Source: Tubiluchus corallicola
Taxonomy: Eukaryota > Animalia > Priapulida
DNA length: 64,000 nt
Assembly: GCA_030141605.1 (NCBI GenBank)
Contig: JAQGDQ010000241.1
Coordinates: forward strand, 1 to 64,000
Direction: 5' to 3'
Shown piece after piece: positions 11,057-24,053 of this stretch. A program made the position numbers and the translations under genes. The notes beneath the pieces were generated by a model. That model saw only the letters and a list, made by a program, of their open reading frames with translations, was not told where the DNA came from and searched no databases. Within the stretch, counting starts at the first letter, position 1; each line of letters begins with the position of its first letter.

Positions 11057-14000
11057 ATGCCATTATTTGGAAAAGAACCTACAATGAAAGGTATTGTTTA
11101 TTTTAATTGAATTTGCTAACTTTTTGTGAAAATTGTCCTTTGTGTACGGCTACCGTGATTCTCACTGAAGAGTGAAGACCACCAACTTCATCTGAATGGC
11201 AATGTAATCGGTGGCAATGGCAATTGGGGCTGTAAGTTTAGACAAACTTGTGTTGCGCCTCCAACTCTCTTCCAAGTGATTCTTGAAAACATTTACACTG
11301 GAAGAGTTTCCAGTGGCGTGCAGTGAGTCGTGGAACAAGGCATGCAACCAGTTAGGGGGGTCTGGGGGAGCGCTGTAAGCTCCCCCACCAACGCATTTTT
11401 CTGTATTTAAGTGTATTTTTGCGGCCTCAAATGAGATATGAATTCTGGTACACAGAATTTCTCAAACGTTAGAAATGCATTGTATGTATGGACTGCATGC
11501 TACTGGAGAGTTCATTACATTACATCCTTCGTTAACCGGTTACAACTGTTAATAATCATTTGTTTTTACTAAGATCAAGTCTAGGCCTTTTCACTATTTT
11601 TTTCAAGCGGCCTTTCATTCTGCTGTCATCACTAACAGTAAAACATTCTCTAGGACATTACAGAATGTTATGTAGATCAGGCACTGTTATTAAAAGTGCA
11701 GTTGCAATAATTTTGCTGTACATATTTGAAATCAAGACAATTGACTAAAGATAACATGGCTGACATCTATCAAGTAAAACCCGGAAAACTTGCATTGCAT
11801 TGATTATTTTTCACACAGTTTGGCATGCTCCCTATAAGAATTTAGAATGCATTGGTAAGGTATTGCTTAACTTTCACAGGCAAGCACAATGCTATTCCAG
11901 TTGCCCGTATATTATAATTAATGTTTACACGGGACAGGAACATTCACTGCATATCCTGAATTGAAGTTTCTATATAAAGCCATCCTGTATGTTCTAATGA
12001 TCTTGTCTCTTGTATAGAACTTTATTTATAAAAAAACAGTCTCTCTCTCTTTCTCTCTCTCTCTCTCGCTCTCTCTCAGTGTGTGTGTGTCTCCCTCCCC
12101 CTTTCCAGGGATGAGAATTTTTAAACGCGGAATTCCGAGTTTATGGAAGACCAGTAGTGCCATTTTTGTAAATCGTGTAAATTCGTTGAGAAAATTTTTC
12201 GGGGTTAAACCTCGCTTTCGTTGAAATCGTAACCGAAACTTTCAGTAGCATTTTTCGAGGCTTTTATCCAGCTTATCTCCTAGATGTTAAAAATCGCTGA
12301 AACATTTTGGCTAAAATAGTTCAGATAAAGTGTAAATATCGTTTATTTGATAATCTGTACGATTGGTAGCATGCCTTTTACAGCAATGCGGCATATCTTC
12401 ATATTTTTCAAAAAAAAATTCTGAAGCTCTTTTAGCTGGGCACCTAAAGCTTGCGCCCCCCAGCTGCAGCCTGTACTAGCCTATAGGGTAATCTGGCCTT
12501 GCTCACTCAAGTCTTTAAAACTGCACACTAATTCCTTATTAAAATTGTTCTTTAGAACAAATGCGACAACAAGATAGGGTGCTGAGACGAACTGGCCGTG
12601 ATTTAGAAAAAGAAAAACGCGATTTGGAAAGGAAGGAGAAGCAATTGGTAAAAACTAAAATTTGTTTTTCATGTTTGGGTGTTGTGAATTAGTGACTTAT
12701 TGTAATAAATTGTAAATTTTATTAATGTAATGTTATTTTAAGCATTGAATATGTTTAACAAAATTATGCAGGACTAGGTAGATTAGATCTAAGCAGAATA
12801 CATGTATGCATTAATGAAGATTAGTCCATTGTTGTATACAGGGCCCTCTTAAGGCATTGGCACTGAGTAGTTAACCATGGCCATGCTTCCTCCTCCCCAT
12901 TTATTCTTTGCCGACATATCGTTCCAAATTTTGTGTTGCTTATAATCCTCGCTTTACAGCATGTTTTTTAAGTTTCAAGATTGGTTATGTTGATAGGATG
13001 AATAAAGTCTACTAATTTTTAGATTTTTAATTTTGGTAACCACTTACATTTGTATGCATGTACAACAGCTTAGTGTAATGCTTTTCACTGGGCATAAAAT
13101 ACTTTAAGACTGCCCTGATTTTGTATGCATTCGGTAAGCATGTAGTGCTCAATGTTGTAATAAATGTAATTACGTTAGTCACTTGTTCTTTATTCACATT
13201 TCTTGTAGAAAAAATAAAACTCCCATTTTAACATTTTGTAACTTTCTACATATATAGCTTTATCAGTTAAATGACTGTTAAAATTTCATTTTTCTATTTA
13301 GGAGCAAGAGATAAAGAAGGCTGCAAAAGCAAACAATAAGCAAGTATGGATAGAATTTCTTAAAACAATCATCTACATTGAAAAATGCAATTATTTTAAT
13401 ACTATGTTTTGTATCACTAGAAGTTGGCCTGTACATCTGAGTTTTGTGTTACTAATTTTCATCTTTAATAATAATAATACAACACAGTATTTGTGATTAG
13501 TTAGAAACTTCATAACTGAACCGTGCGAAGCACATCTAAAAATGTTTCCTGAAATTGTGTGTGAAAGACTCTGTATTAAGATTAAAAAAACCATATGCCT
13601 TGCTAATGTCTTTATTTGCAATGTGCAAGATTTGCTAAGCAGTGCGTCAAACTCCCAAGTGAATGCTAACAAATACAAACATTTTTCATTTCTCATTTTA
13701 TGTAGGCATGTACAATATTAGCAAAGCAACTAGTTCAAGTACGAAAGCAAAAGACACGTTTTTTCACAGCGCAGTCTCGAGTATCAGCTGTTGGTGCACA
13801 GTCTAAAGCAATGGGTGCCAATGTGAAAATGGCGGAAGCAATGGGAACCACGACGAAAGTACTGATGGATTTTATTCTACTATATTGTTTATATTAACAT
13901 TAATTGATACTTAGTTCTTGATGAATATGGATGGAAATAGCACGGGTAATAATGGCACAGTATATAACAGCACTATAAATGTGGCACAGTCACAGAAAAA

Positions 14001-16037
14001 AATGCACAGGGAAAAGACAAATCGAAAGTAAGAAAAAAGGCAATATGCTTGGTTAGGAATAAGTAGAAGTTACATAAGTGAGTAAAATTCAAGGTCTCTG
14101 AGTATTTTTCTGTTAAGAATTCAATTTCATTTTCTTGCTTTATAAGCTCCCATTTCTTAAATTGCATAATATCAGTCTGTTGGTTATATATTTGGTTTTT
14201 GCAAGTCTTAAGACTATATTGTAAGCCGTGTTACACTTAGTTTCAGCCTTTAAATTCATTGAATACAATTATTTCATAATTCATCGTATAATGTACCACA
14301 TTTTAACATTGCCATTATATGCAAATTGATATGCAGTAATTGATTCATTACATTTTGGGAATAACCATGACAAAAAATAGTAGCATAAATGATGCAATGA
14401 ACATAGTTATGAAATTTATTTTGTCATGTTGTTGGTGTTATTTTTTATCAGATTTTGATTTTCACTAAATAAAAGTCTAATGAGACTACATAAGACTACA
14501 TTGTTTCAGGCCATGCAAGACATGAATAAACGAATGGATCCACAGAAAGTTGCAAACACAATGAAAAATTTTGAAATGCAAAACGCAAAGATGGAAATGT
14601 CTGAGGAGATGAGTAGGTTTTATAAATGTGTTAATACTAAGTCTGAAATTCTGCTTTTCGATCTAGAGGTTCCAGGTTCAAATTCCAATAATGTTGGTTT
14701 TTTAAGCCAATTCTTGACCAGAACTCTCTTAGCCCCTATATCTACTCAATCTTAACTTAGTACTTCATCATGTATTGGGGAAAGAAAGATGGCTGGGCAA
14801 TGAGCTCTCCATCTATCCTCCTTGTGTGCTGAGATTATGTAAATAGATGCTGTAACCATCTATTTTAATGTTAGACTAGCAGTTATAATTAATGTAAGGC
14901 CACGAACTACCGTACATTCATGCTTGACAGTCATCTTCAAGCTTCAGCTTCAGTCAATTCCACTGAAATTTATTCACTGTGAATCAGATCGGCTAGTTAA
15001 TTTGAATTTATTGTTATTGTCATATGCATTTACCTGTTTCGGTGTAAGACAGGATATCTGTCTTTGGTAGTACATTATCATCTATATCTGCATTTATTAA
15101 GAGTAGAGCCTTATCTGTTTACTTATATTTAAATGTTGTGCCATTTGTGCGTAATGTGTGTCATTGAGCTCTGAATGTGCTGCTTAATAGATTTTATTTT
15201 CAGTAAACGATACCCTAGATGACATACTAGCAGAATCGGGTGACGAGGAAGAAGAAGACGCCATTGTCACTCAGGTCTTAGATGAAATAGGAATTGAAAT
15301 ATCTGGAAAGGTGAGAAATTAAACTTAGAGGAATGTTGGTAAAGACACTTGCATGATTGTAGCGCTGCCTGTATGTTGGACATGCAGTTATGTTGCTGGT
15401 GTATTTTGTATGATAAAGTAACCATCACAGATGCACTTAGAAGTGTTGCTGAAGAAAGAGTAACAACAAAAATTCATTTATATTTTATTGAGAAAATTTT
15501 TAAAATAAACAAACATTGGCAAGTTGATGCGTAAGTGGATATGCGCACTTTGATCTCATGCGAGTAATGTGTGTTCATTACTCATTCCAGTCAGTATAAT
15601 TCGTAAATTGTGGCTGTTTACTTCATAGAGGAAGGATGTTGTACATACAAACTGTGGTTGAGACACATCTGCTGGTTCAGTGGCTCATCTTAAATGGATA
15701 GTCATGATGAGTAAGGTTCCAGTCATGCCACAAACATCTCGTTGAGTAGGCCCTGCTTAAAAAATAATAAGACCTATAATGTTGTTGTCTTTGAGTTTTT
15801 GTTGGCATATTATACACCTTTCCTCTATGCAGGATATTTCTGTTACATATTTTCATTGCAATTGTAAGAATGCAAATCTTGCAAAGTTCGTGGCATTACT
15901 GTAGTATATTCTAGTAAGACATTTTCTCTTTACAGATGGCAACTGCACCCTCAGAGAAGGGTAAAATTGGAGAATCTTCGAAAGCTGGTATTACAGATGA
16001 AGAAATAGAGAAACAGTTACAGGCTCTCATGAAATAG
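11057..16037 (+). CDS. CHMP2B: Charged multivesicular body protein 2b (ESCRT-III, Snf7 family), 7 coding exons, 210 aa
   Basis: Exons 11057-11090, 12556-12647, 13302-13343, 13706-13858, 14510-14612, 15204-15310 and 15936-16037, all GT-AG, 633 nt in frame. Translation includes LAKQLVQVRKQK, NDTLDDIL, IVTQVLDEIGIEISGK and a C-terminal MIM1-like DEEIEKQLQAL. Confidence 0.96.
12839..13117. mobile_element. Degenerate hAT-like MITE in a CHMP2B intron
   Basis: Imperfect inverted termini CAGGGCCCTCTTAAG / TTTAAGACTGCCCTG resembling the 38135 element; no clear TSD. Confidence 0.4.
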
Positions 16038-19000
16038 CATTTTACGACATCCCTGATCCCATCATTAGTAAGGAGTGACTTGGATTATGGACTGCTGAGC
16101 AGTATGTAGTTTTAGGCTAGTTAATCAAGAAAAAACATTATTGTAAGTTCAGATTCGAAAAATCTGAAATGCTTTGTGATATGTGTTGTCTCAGTAGCAT
16201 TTGCATGGACTTTATTAAATAGCTTGGTCATGTGCACATACATCGATGTCTTTGTTTGCTTGTTACCCATCTACAAACATGTATCATGGTAGTGTTTATA
16301 AGAATGAGAAAATGAGAAGTCCAGTCAGCAAATGTTATGACATGAAACATTTCTGTACTATAAATTTTGTTTCAACAGAACTTATAGTTTCTCAGTAGTT
16401 CGTTAAACTTTGTTCATTTTTGGTTAAGTAATTCAAGTCGTCACTGTTCATTGTAATGCCCACTGCTCAGTGCTTTACTTGTATATATGGAAATACATTA
16501 TATGGTACTGCTTGTAAAACTTTGTGATTTATTATAAAATGGTTGCAGCATTGCTTTAGCATTACTTCTCATCGGATATTTCATTTTGAGTTTACATCAC
16601 ACTAACTGTGACATTGGATAGCAAATCTGCAGTGTATAATTTTACAGTTGTTACATTTTAATAAAAAATTTAGATGGGGTACTACGTACAGTAAAACAGG
16701 ACTTCAAGTGTTTCAAGTGTTATGTACCACTGTTTTCATAGGAAATGTTCTTAGCAAAGTTTTTTTTACATTCTGTTTTCCATTTTAAGTAGAGCTCATC
16801 GGAATATTGCATTATAGATAGTGAGCTTTATAAATTGATAAATTGTAACTTATGCCTTACTGTGATTATTGTTACACTGTTAACTTCTTTATGTAAACAA
16901 TAAAGCTACGAAATTTTGAAGGATCTTTTTCTTAGCAATTTTTTTCTATAATTGAAAATAATGTGTGTAATTATGATTTTGCACTGTTGTAGTTTTTTGT
17001 ACATAATTATTTATATATTTTGCAATAAATGTGTAAATATGAAACTTTTGCTGGCTTGCAATTTTATCGAAGATTCATATTTGTGTAAAACTATTATATG
17101 CTATTAAGTGTAACCAATTAAATGCTATCATTTTCTTTTTCTTGCCACATAATTCTACTTGTCATGTATGTATGTATTAGGTGGTGGAGAAAAATGTGCG
17201 GAAGTGTAGATTCCAGTAATATTACAGTCGTGTGGTTTTTGTCTGTGAAAGTTAGAGGTTTGTAGTGGTTTTTATGTTATGACCGAAAAGCTTTTACATG
17301 TTAAAAAATTAAATACTGGAACTTTGTCAACTAATCATCAACTGAAAAACAGTTATGTTCAGTGCATTCAACACGGGGAGCAAGACTATAGAGGAATCAA
17401 ACCACTTTACATTGTGGTGATCTTCAAAGAAAGTAAAGCGTTGATAAAGATTTGCACTAATGTTTTTCTTTTACTAATAGGCATCATTACGACCTTTGTT
17501 ACTTTATTAGTAAAAGGTATAAATCAATTTAAATGAAATTATTCATTCATCGCAGCCTATATCAGAATCGTAATTACATATTATGTTTTCCTTTTGTTTC
17601 CTTGCTATTATTACATCATTTACTTTATTACATCAATTACATTGTCATCTACAAAAGCACGCATAACTTTGATAATTTTTTCATTTAAGTAAGGTGAGTG
17701 TGTTAATGACCGTATGGTCGTACATTCGCCTCGCACTACTTAAATCATTTTATTTGTTGTTTATTAATGTGTACGATATTGTATTTTGATGTGTGAAAAT
17801 AAATTCATAGTTCACAGTTCATTTGTTGCAAAGAAAAGATTTGTTGGGACTTAATCCTGTAGATTACAGTATCTGGGACCTTAAGAAGTCGGAAACTGTG
17901 TCAGCTGTTGGAGGAAACGCTTTTTTCTAGTTTGCAGTGAAAATGGTGGACACGAACATTTGCCCTAAATTTTAGTAATAGCGACACACAGTATCTAGGA
18001 GAATGATTTAAAATTGTTGATGTTTATACATAAAGTTAAGTGCGAGAATTTTCAATTGATTCCGTTATTTTCTTATAATATCGTGATGAAAACTCCAGGA
18101 CATTATTATTTTTCCACCATCTGATATACGTGTATGTTACAGCCAACGTGTAAAATTTAGACACGCGCGCTCACACACACACACACACACACCCGTGTAT
18201 GAGTATTGCAGTCACATTTGGTTGTTGCTTCGATCACTTGTTAACTTATTTGACAAAGTGATGTTGTCGATCTGATCACGTTTGCTTTGGAATCGATCTT
18301 GTAATCTCACACATCGTTTCATGAATACCAGTAGTTTGAGTGAAACAATTACAATGAGTGAAACACAGCAACTTTCTTCCTTTCTACCACCAGTGTGAAC
18401 AGGAGTTTAGAGTTCAACAATTTGGATTATGACAAGAGGTAAACTTTGTAGTTATTTTCATTTTAAGATTCGTTTTTCTCATTACCAATCAGTTTCTCAA
18501 ATAATATCATAGTTTTTATATAAAATATGCACAAATATTACGCACCTCTCTATTGTGCATTGTAACTGTATTATATATATATATTATAATATATATATAT
18601 ATATTATTATATATTATATTATATATATAGACGTTTCCCTTTGCTGATTTAGCTAATATAATCTTTTCCATTAACTGGAATGCTGCGAAGTTCGTGCGTC
18701 AATATTTGAAAAGCTCTTGTCAACTTGACCTAAAACCGAAGCCAGAGCATCTTGCAACTAATGTGATACACTTGATAAGAAAATGTCTAATACTTAAATC
18801 ATTTTCTTGTAGGAAATCTACAAGTTCTTTCTACAAGCACAAGGGAATCTACAATGTCACAGGTATTTCATTGCAGGCCAGTGGTTTGGTTAGTGTGAAT
18901 ACGCTGAACTCACTTCATCCCTAAGAGTCCAATGTAAGGACATGGTGGCAGGGTTTCTTTGAAAACTATTTTGTTTATCACTTTTCAGTTTAAGTTCTTT

Positions 19001-19812
19001 ATCCAATATTCTTAAATTTACACAATTTCAATAAAAGCACAAACTTTTTTTAATGTTTAGCACTTTTCACTTAAAACTTTTTCAATTTTTTTTCTTTTAC
19101 TAACATTTGATTTTCTTTGCAGTTGAGAAAGTGTTGGGCTGAATTTGGGGCCCCTACACTAATGACATTATGGGCCTTTCAGACGGAGCCACCCTCTAAT
19201 TTACTCGCACTCATCTCGAATATTTTTTACTTGTGATATATTTTATTAATATTTGTATAGTTGGGACCCCGCATATTTCAAATAAAAGGCTTCAAAGAGG
19301 GATCCTTACCTGAAATGAAGAGCCTCAAACAAGGGTCCCTTATCTCAAATAAATGGCCCCAAACAGGGATCCTGTTTCTCAAATGAGGAGCAACTTTAAA
19401 ATTGGACTTTCAGACTTCCTGGCCTCCTTTTTTAAAGTTGAAATTTTATTTGAAGTTATATGAATTATTCAGCATTGCAAAGTATGACCCACTAAGCTTG
19501 AGAGACCCTAGGCTGCAGCCTATACTAGCCCCTATAGGGGAATGCAACCCTGCTTATATAACATAGTCGTAACTAAGTTGTTGCCATAATTTTAACTACG
19601 ACCCGTCCTTAATTATTTTTTCTTTCAAACTGGTGACTGCTTTACACACATTCTCTCACATTAGAAAACAAGTGAGGCTGTTTGTTATGCTAGAAAAATA
19701 TAACCAATATGATGGTTTTATTGACAAATTTGTTATTTGAAATTAACGCTAATTAACAATGAATATAAACAGGCCAAGAGGTGTAGTTTTACTAACAAAT
19801 TTGTTATTTACG

Positions 19813-20369
19813 AATAAACAATGAATACAAACAGCACAAGAGATGTAGATTGTATATTTAAACATAATTATGTCGACTTTCATATAACGGGCGACATCTT
19901 CAGACGTTGATAACAAGTTTTCAAAAGCAGGCAGTGTTTTATTTCTTCAAAAGAGTTTGTTGTCGTCAGACGCTGATAACAAGTTTTTAAAAAGATACAG
20001 CACTATTTTATGTTCTATTTCCTCAAAAGAGTTTATTATCATCACAAATCTAGCAGTATTTTATTATAAGTAAGCAAGCAAGCAAGTACGTCAGTGAGTG
20101 AGTGAGTGAGTGAGTAAGTAAGTAAGTAAGTAAGCAATTTATTGTCATTATATTAAAATATATAGGAATTTGCTCGGTTTTACGTACTATAACAAAAGAA
20201 AATTAACACACACGCACGCACGCACGCACACACACAAACACACTGTTGTGTTCTATTTCCTCAAAAGAGCTTGTTATTAACGTCTGATGATTCCGGTTAT
20301 AAGAGTCGAAATAATTAGGTTTAAATATGCCATCTACATCTTCTGGGCTGTCTATATTTATTGTTTATT
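19813..20369. repeat. Inverted repeat pair (~110-bp arms at 19813-19920 and 20268-20369) enclosing microsatellites
   Basis: The reverse complement of the right arm (aataaacaataaatatagacagcccagaagatgtagatggcatatttaaacctaattatttcgac...) aligns by eye with the left arm (aataaacaatgaatacaaacagcacaagagatgtagattgtatatttaaacataattatgtcgac...). Confidence 0.8.
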
Positions 20370-20804
20370 AAATTAAAGCGGCAACCATTTATAGACGAAG
20401 ACTGCATTAATATCGTAGCAAGGCGAGAAAATCCATATCAAATGAGCCAAGTTCCACAGCTATTCACAGCATAATAGTCCATTTAAACACCTGCCTCTAG
20501 CCTTGTATACCACAGCAAACACTGAACAGCAAATCTTTTAGTAAGCAGATAGCTTTACCTGCACAGGTAGTTGAGGGTGTCTTGTCTCACAGTGAATTGC
20601 ACAAGCTTGAGTCCACATCTTGCTCACAGATGATACTGAAATTTCTCTCTCTTCTTTATTTCTCTACCGTTATAGAAGGACCCGAAATTATCAGAGCAAA
20701 TATACGACAACTATAATAAGTATGAATTGATCCATTCATAATGGGCAGGTATGAGGTGAAATAATGAGCACTTCTTCATTAATGTGCTTCGTTATCTTCC
20801 CAGT

Positions 20805-20836
20805 TATCATCATCATCATCATCATCACCATCATCA

Positions 20837-20879
<43 letters not shown>

Positions 20880-20899
20880 CATCAACATCATCATCATCG
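20805..20899. repeat. (CAT)n/(CGT)n compound microsatellite
   Basis: Visible tandem trimers. Confidence 0.93.
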
Positions 20900-21055
20900 C
20901 TGTTAAGTGTAGTTATCATTAGTATATAGCTTATTGCAATGCTTTCGTATTTTAAATATTGTTCTTAACTTACTTGTTCTTTTGACTTTGTTAATGTTGT
21001 ACTAGTTGTATGTTAGTCAGCTAAATTAAATAGACTCGAGTGTCGTCTTTATAAA

Positions 21056-21450
21056 TATAGATTTTACATGACAAATGTAGACCTGCGTTAACTCAAATAT
21101 AGATTTAAGTAATTCAAATGTATCTTGGTAACTTAAATGTAAACTTAGGTAGTTCGAAAGTGTTAACAGTGGTTAACATTTTCAACAAATCTTAAGCGTT
21201 TTTGGCAAATCAAATGTAGACACATGTCAAGTCAAATGTGACAATAGTGTCTCAAATGTGGATAGGTAGTAAAGCTTCAGGATGTTAAATTACATTTCAG
21301 GTACCAAATCACATTCGAAATTCCCATGTCTATTTCTGACTTACCTGAGTCACATTTGAGTACCGAAACACATTAGAAATTCTTATGTTTACATTTGATT
21401 TACCTAAGTTACATTTGACCTGTGTCTACATTTAACGTGTAAAATCCATA
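21056..21450. mobile_element. Foldback/MITE-like element with modular inverted arms
   Basis: Left end tatagattttacatgacaaatgtagac matches the reverse complement of the right end gtctacatttaacgtgtaaaatccata. Internal ~20-bp subrepeats read caaatgt on the left half and acatttg on the right half. Confidence 0.65.
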
Positions 21451-22089
21451 CAAGCTTAAATCTATTTGTCGTGTAGTGAAATATGTAATTATGACATCTA
21501 TATTCCGTAAAATTCAGTATCTGTGAAATGAAATGTCTGTCTACTAAACAGGATTAAACTACCCGCCTTTTTACAAATGAAATTGAAATTAAACCATGTG
21601 GTAATTATGTATGTAAGCTAGCTTTGTTCAACTATTCTTGGTGTAATTCTGTAACTATGTATTGAAATATGTATTAAATAAATTAGACCTATAAAAATTG
21701 TATAAACAACATTGTAAAGGTAGTTTGTATTAGTGTTGTGTGCCAGTCAGTTCTGTTTAATTGACAGTGTTTATATACAGGTTAAAAGCTGATTTTTGAG
21801 ACCTTCTGTCATGCTTGTGTATGTGATGCTAGCAAATCTCGTAATCTACAACGCGCGCACATTGCGCGTCTAATCAGAACCCCTCATTGCCTTATTTTTT
21901 CAAATATGCTGCGCATTCGCTATGTGCCTATTGATGGTGTGCACGCTGATTGCAAACGGGATATTTCGAACTGGGACTCTACAATGGCTTCATGCTTCTA
22001 GATGATTATACACGTTGGTGTACACAAGCATTAGAACTAAATGTGGCTTTAATTTTGTGAAAAAATATAAATCAAATAATTATCAGAAA

Positions 22090-23160
22090 ATGTATGCGAC
22101 AGGTGACGTAAATTATCTGAAAACAACAACATTTGCAACTGAGGGAGGTGACAGAATTTTAAATGAATCAGACTTGGGCAGCTGCAATGTTACGCATGCA
22201 GAATTAATACCATTTGAGGTCTCTCTTGCTAACATCGTGTTCAATACAATCACAATTTTGATCATTTTGATGGCAAATGGTTTAGTGTTGATTGCTTTGT
22301 CGACAGAAAGGCGTAGGTTCGCGGAAAGTAAGTACGTTTTCGTGGCAAATCTGGCTGTAGCAGATTTTCTTTTTGGTATTGTAATGATTTACAACTTTGT
22401 TACCATATTCAAGTACGAAATATTGACTTATTACACCTGTCTGGGGTTATTCTGTGTCATAGAGTTCAGCCTGAGACTTTCAAATATCAGTTTGTTGCTG
22501 ATTTCGGTGGATCAGTTTGTCTGCTTGCAAAATCCGTTGAAATATCACGATGGTATACCTAAAAGTTTGATGAAGTCACTACTAGTCCTAGTCTGGTTCC
22601 TGCTCATTTTTGAAGCCTGCTTACCAATGATGGGTTGGTCACCGGGATCATCTTCATATCACGGATGTCTCTTTCTGGAAATGTTCAGCAAAAGTTATAT
22701 TTTAACATTTGATCTACTGCTATTTTGGTTGCCAGGAATAGCCATGGTTGTCATGTACTCAAATATCTTTTCTATTGCCTTACATCATGCACGGATGATC
22801 ACTGCGCAGGAGCAGGTGACCCCTCATTTAATTCAACAACAAGCGAAAGTTAAACGAGAAACTAAAACAGCAATAACAATCACCATAGTCATAGCCACTT
22901 TTGCCATCAGCTGGATTCCACTCTTACTCATCAGAGATATAGAAAGTATTGCTCCTGGGACATACAAGGGGCACCTGCTTGTACCTTACACGATTGCAGG
23001 GTGTAACAGTTGCTATAACCCATTCATCTATGCATTAAGAGACCGGAAGTTCCGGTATGCATACCGGAAGGTACTATGTAGACGATGTCGATGTGGAAGG
23101 AGTGGCACTGAAGTTATAAGGTTGAATAGTGTATCATCAAGGAGTGTGCTGACGATATAA
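22090..23160 (+). CDS. Intronless class A (rhodopsin-like) GPCR, orphan; ~356 aa
   Basis: Seven hydrophobic segments; TM1 AN, TM2 NLAVAD, TM3 end ISVDQF (DRY variant), TM4 W, TM6 SWIP, TM7 NSCYNPFIY, helix 8 FR plus Cys. First ATG is at 22090 (the ORF track starts at a TTG). Confidence 0.93.
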   Translation: MYATGDVNYLKTTTFATEGGDRILNESDLGSCNVTHAELIPFEVSLANIVFNTITILIILMANGLVLIALSTERRRFAESKYVFVANLAVADFLFGIVMIYNFVTIFKYEILTYYTCLGLFCVIEFSLRLSNISLLLISVDQFVCLQNPLKYHDGIPKSLMKSLLVLVWFLLIFEACLPMMGWSPGSSSYHGCLFLEMFSKSYILTFDLLLFWLPGIAMVVMYSNIFSIALHHARMITAQEQVTPHLIQQQAKVKRETKTAITITIVIATFAISWIPLLLIRDIESIAPGTYKGHLLVPYTIAGCNSCYNPFIYALRDRKFRYAYRKVLCRRCRCGRSGTEVIRLNSVSSRSVLTI

Positions 23161-23789
23161 TCTACATGTAATTTAATAAATTCATGAATCCTTGTTTCAT
23201 CATCTACCTCTGAGTAGGGTTCCTAGCGTACCTCTCGTCTACGGTTCAATGAGTACTATTGCATTAACTTCATCGTCAAAATCATATTTATGTTCTATCA
23301 CTGAATTGTCTTTGTGTACATGGTACCGCACCGGTGACAGTTCACGTAATTAGATACAACAGAAAGATCAACAATGAATTGATTCTACGGTATCAGGTTT
23401 CATTCAAATAGCAATTGTCGAGTAGTGCAACATGGCAGCCATGCAAGCAGCTATATGGGGTTAACATAAACCACTAGTAATATATATAATTATGTGTAAT
23501 TATACCTTCTGCGTAATGAATTTAACAAATATCTGATCACAAGACTTGGTTTCTGTTAGGCTCTATGCACGTTGTTTAGGCTTATGTAATTTGCGAAATT
23601 TTAACCGCTTATAAAAAATCAGCATTTACATTCAAAACGCGTTGGATAATTAAAAGAATGATAATTGAAATGCTGGATAAATTCAATCAGTTTCTGCTAC
23701 AGTCTGCCACGTGAAGTGTATTCGTGCCTTGATGAAGCTCCTGACTTGATAAATATTAGTTTTTTCAAAGTTTGTATGTGTAGAGGAGT

Positions 23790-24053
23790 AAACCTTCCAA
23801 ATCAGGAGTGGAGCCCCGAAGGCGGACCAGTGCAGCATGCTCACTGACTCCGGCAGCTCCTGCAGCCAACCTGGTGCCAAACGTATCGCTCCGCTTTCCT
23901 TTGGACTACACCAGGGAGGAAGAGAGGGGGTTCCTGTTGTCTGGGCAACTCAGGATCTCCATACACCTTGCCCAGGCGTGCACCCTGGAGACGTTCAAGG
24001 ATCGCACTGTTCAGCCACAGTCGACGCTGCAGCTCCACCAATGTCATCAATAA
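23790..24053 (+). mobile_element. Probable decayed non-LTR retrotransposon 3' ORF2 fragment
   Basis: GC-rich island in AT-rich DNA. Frameshifted translations give TYRSAFL and LAQACTLETFKDR, resembling the Y..SFFPRT..WN.LP...A.SL..FK C-terminus of CR1/L2-type ORF2 (recognition by eye only). Confidence 0.4.
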
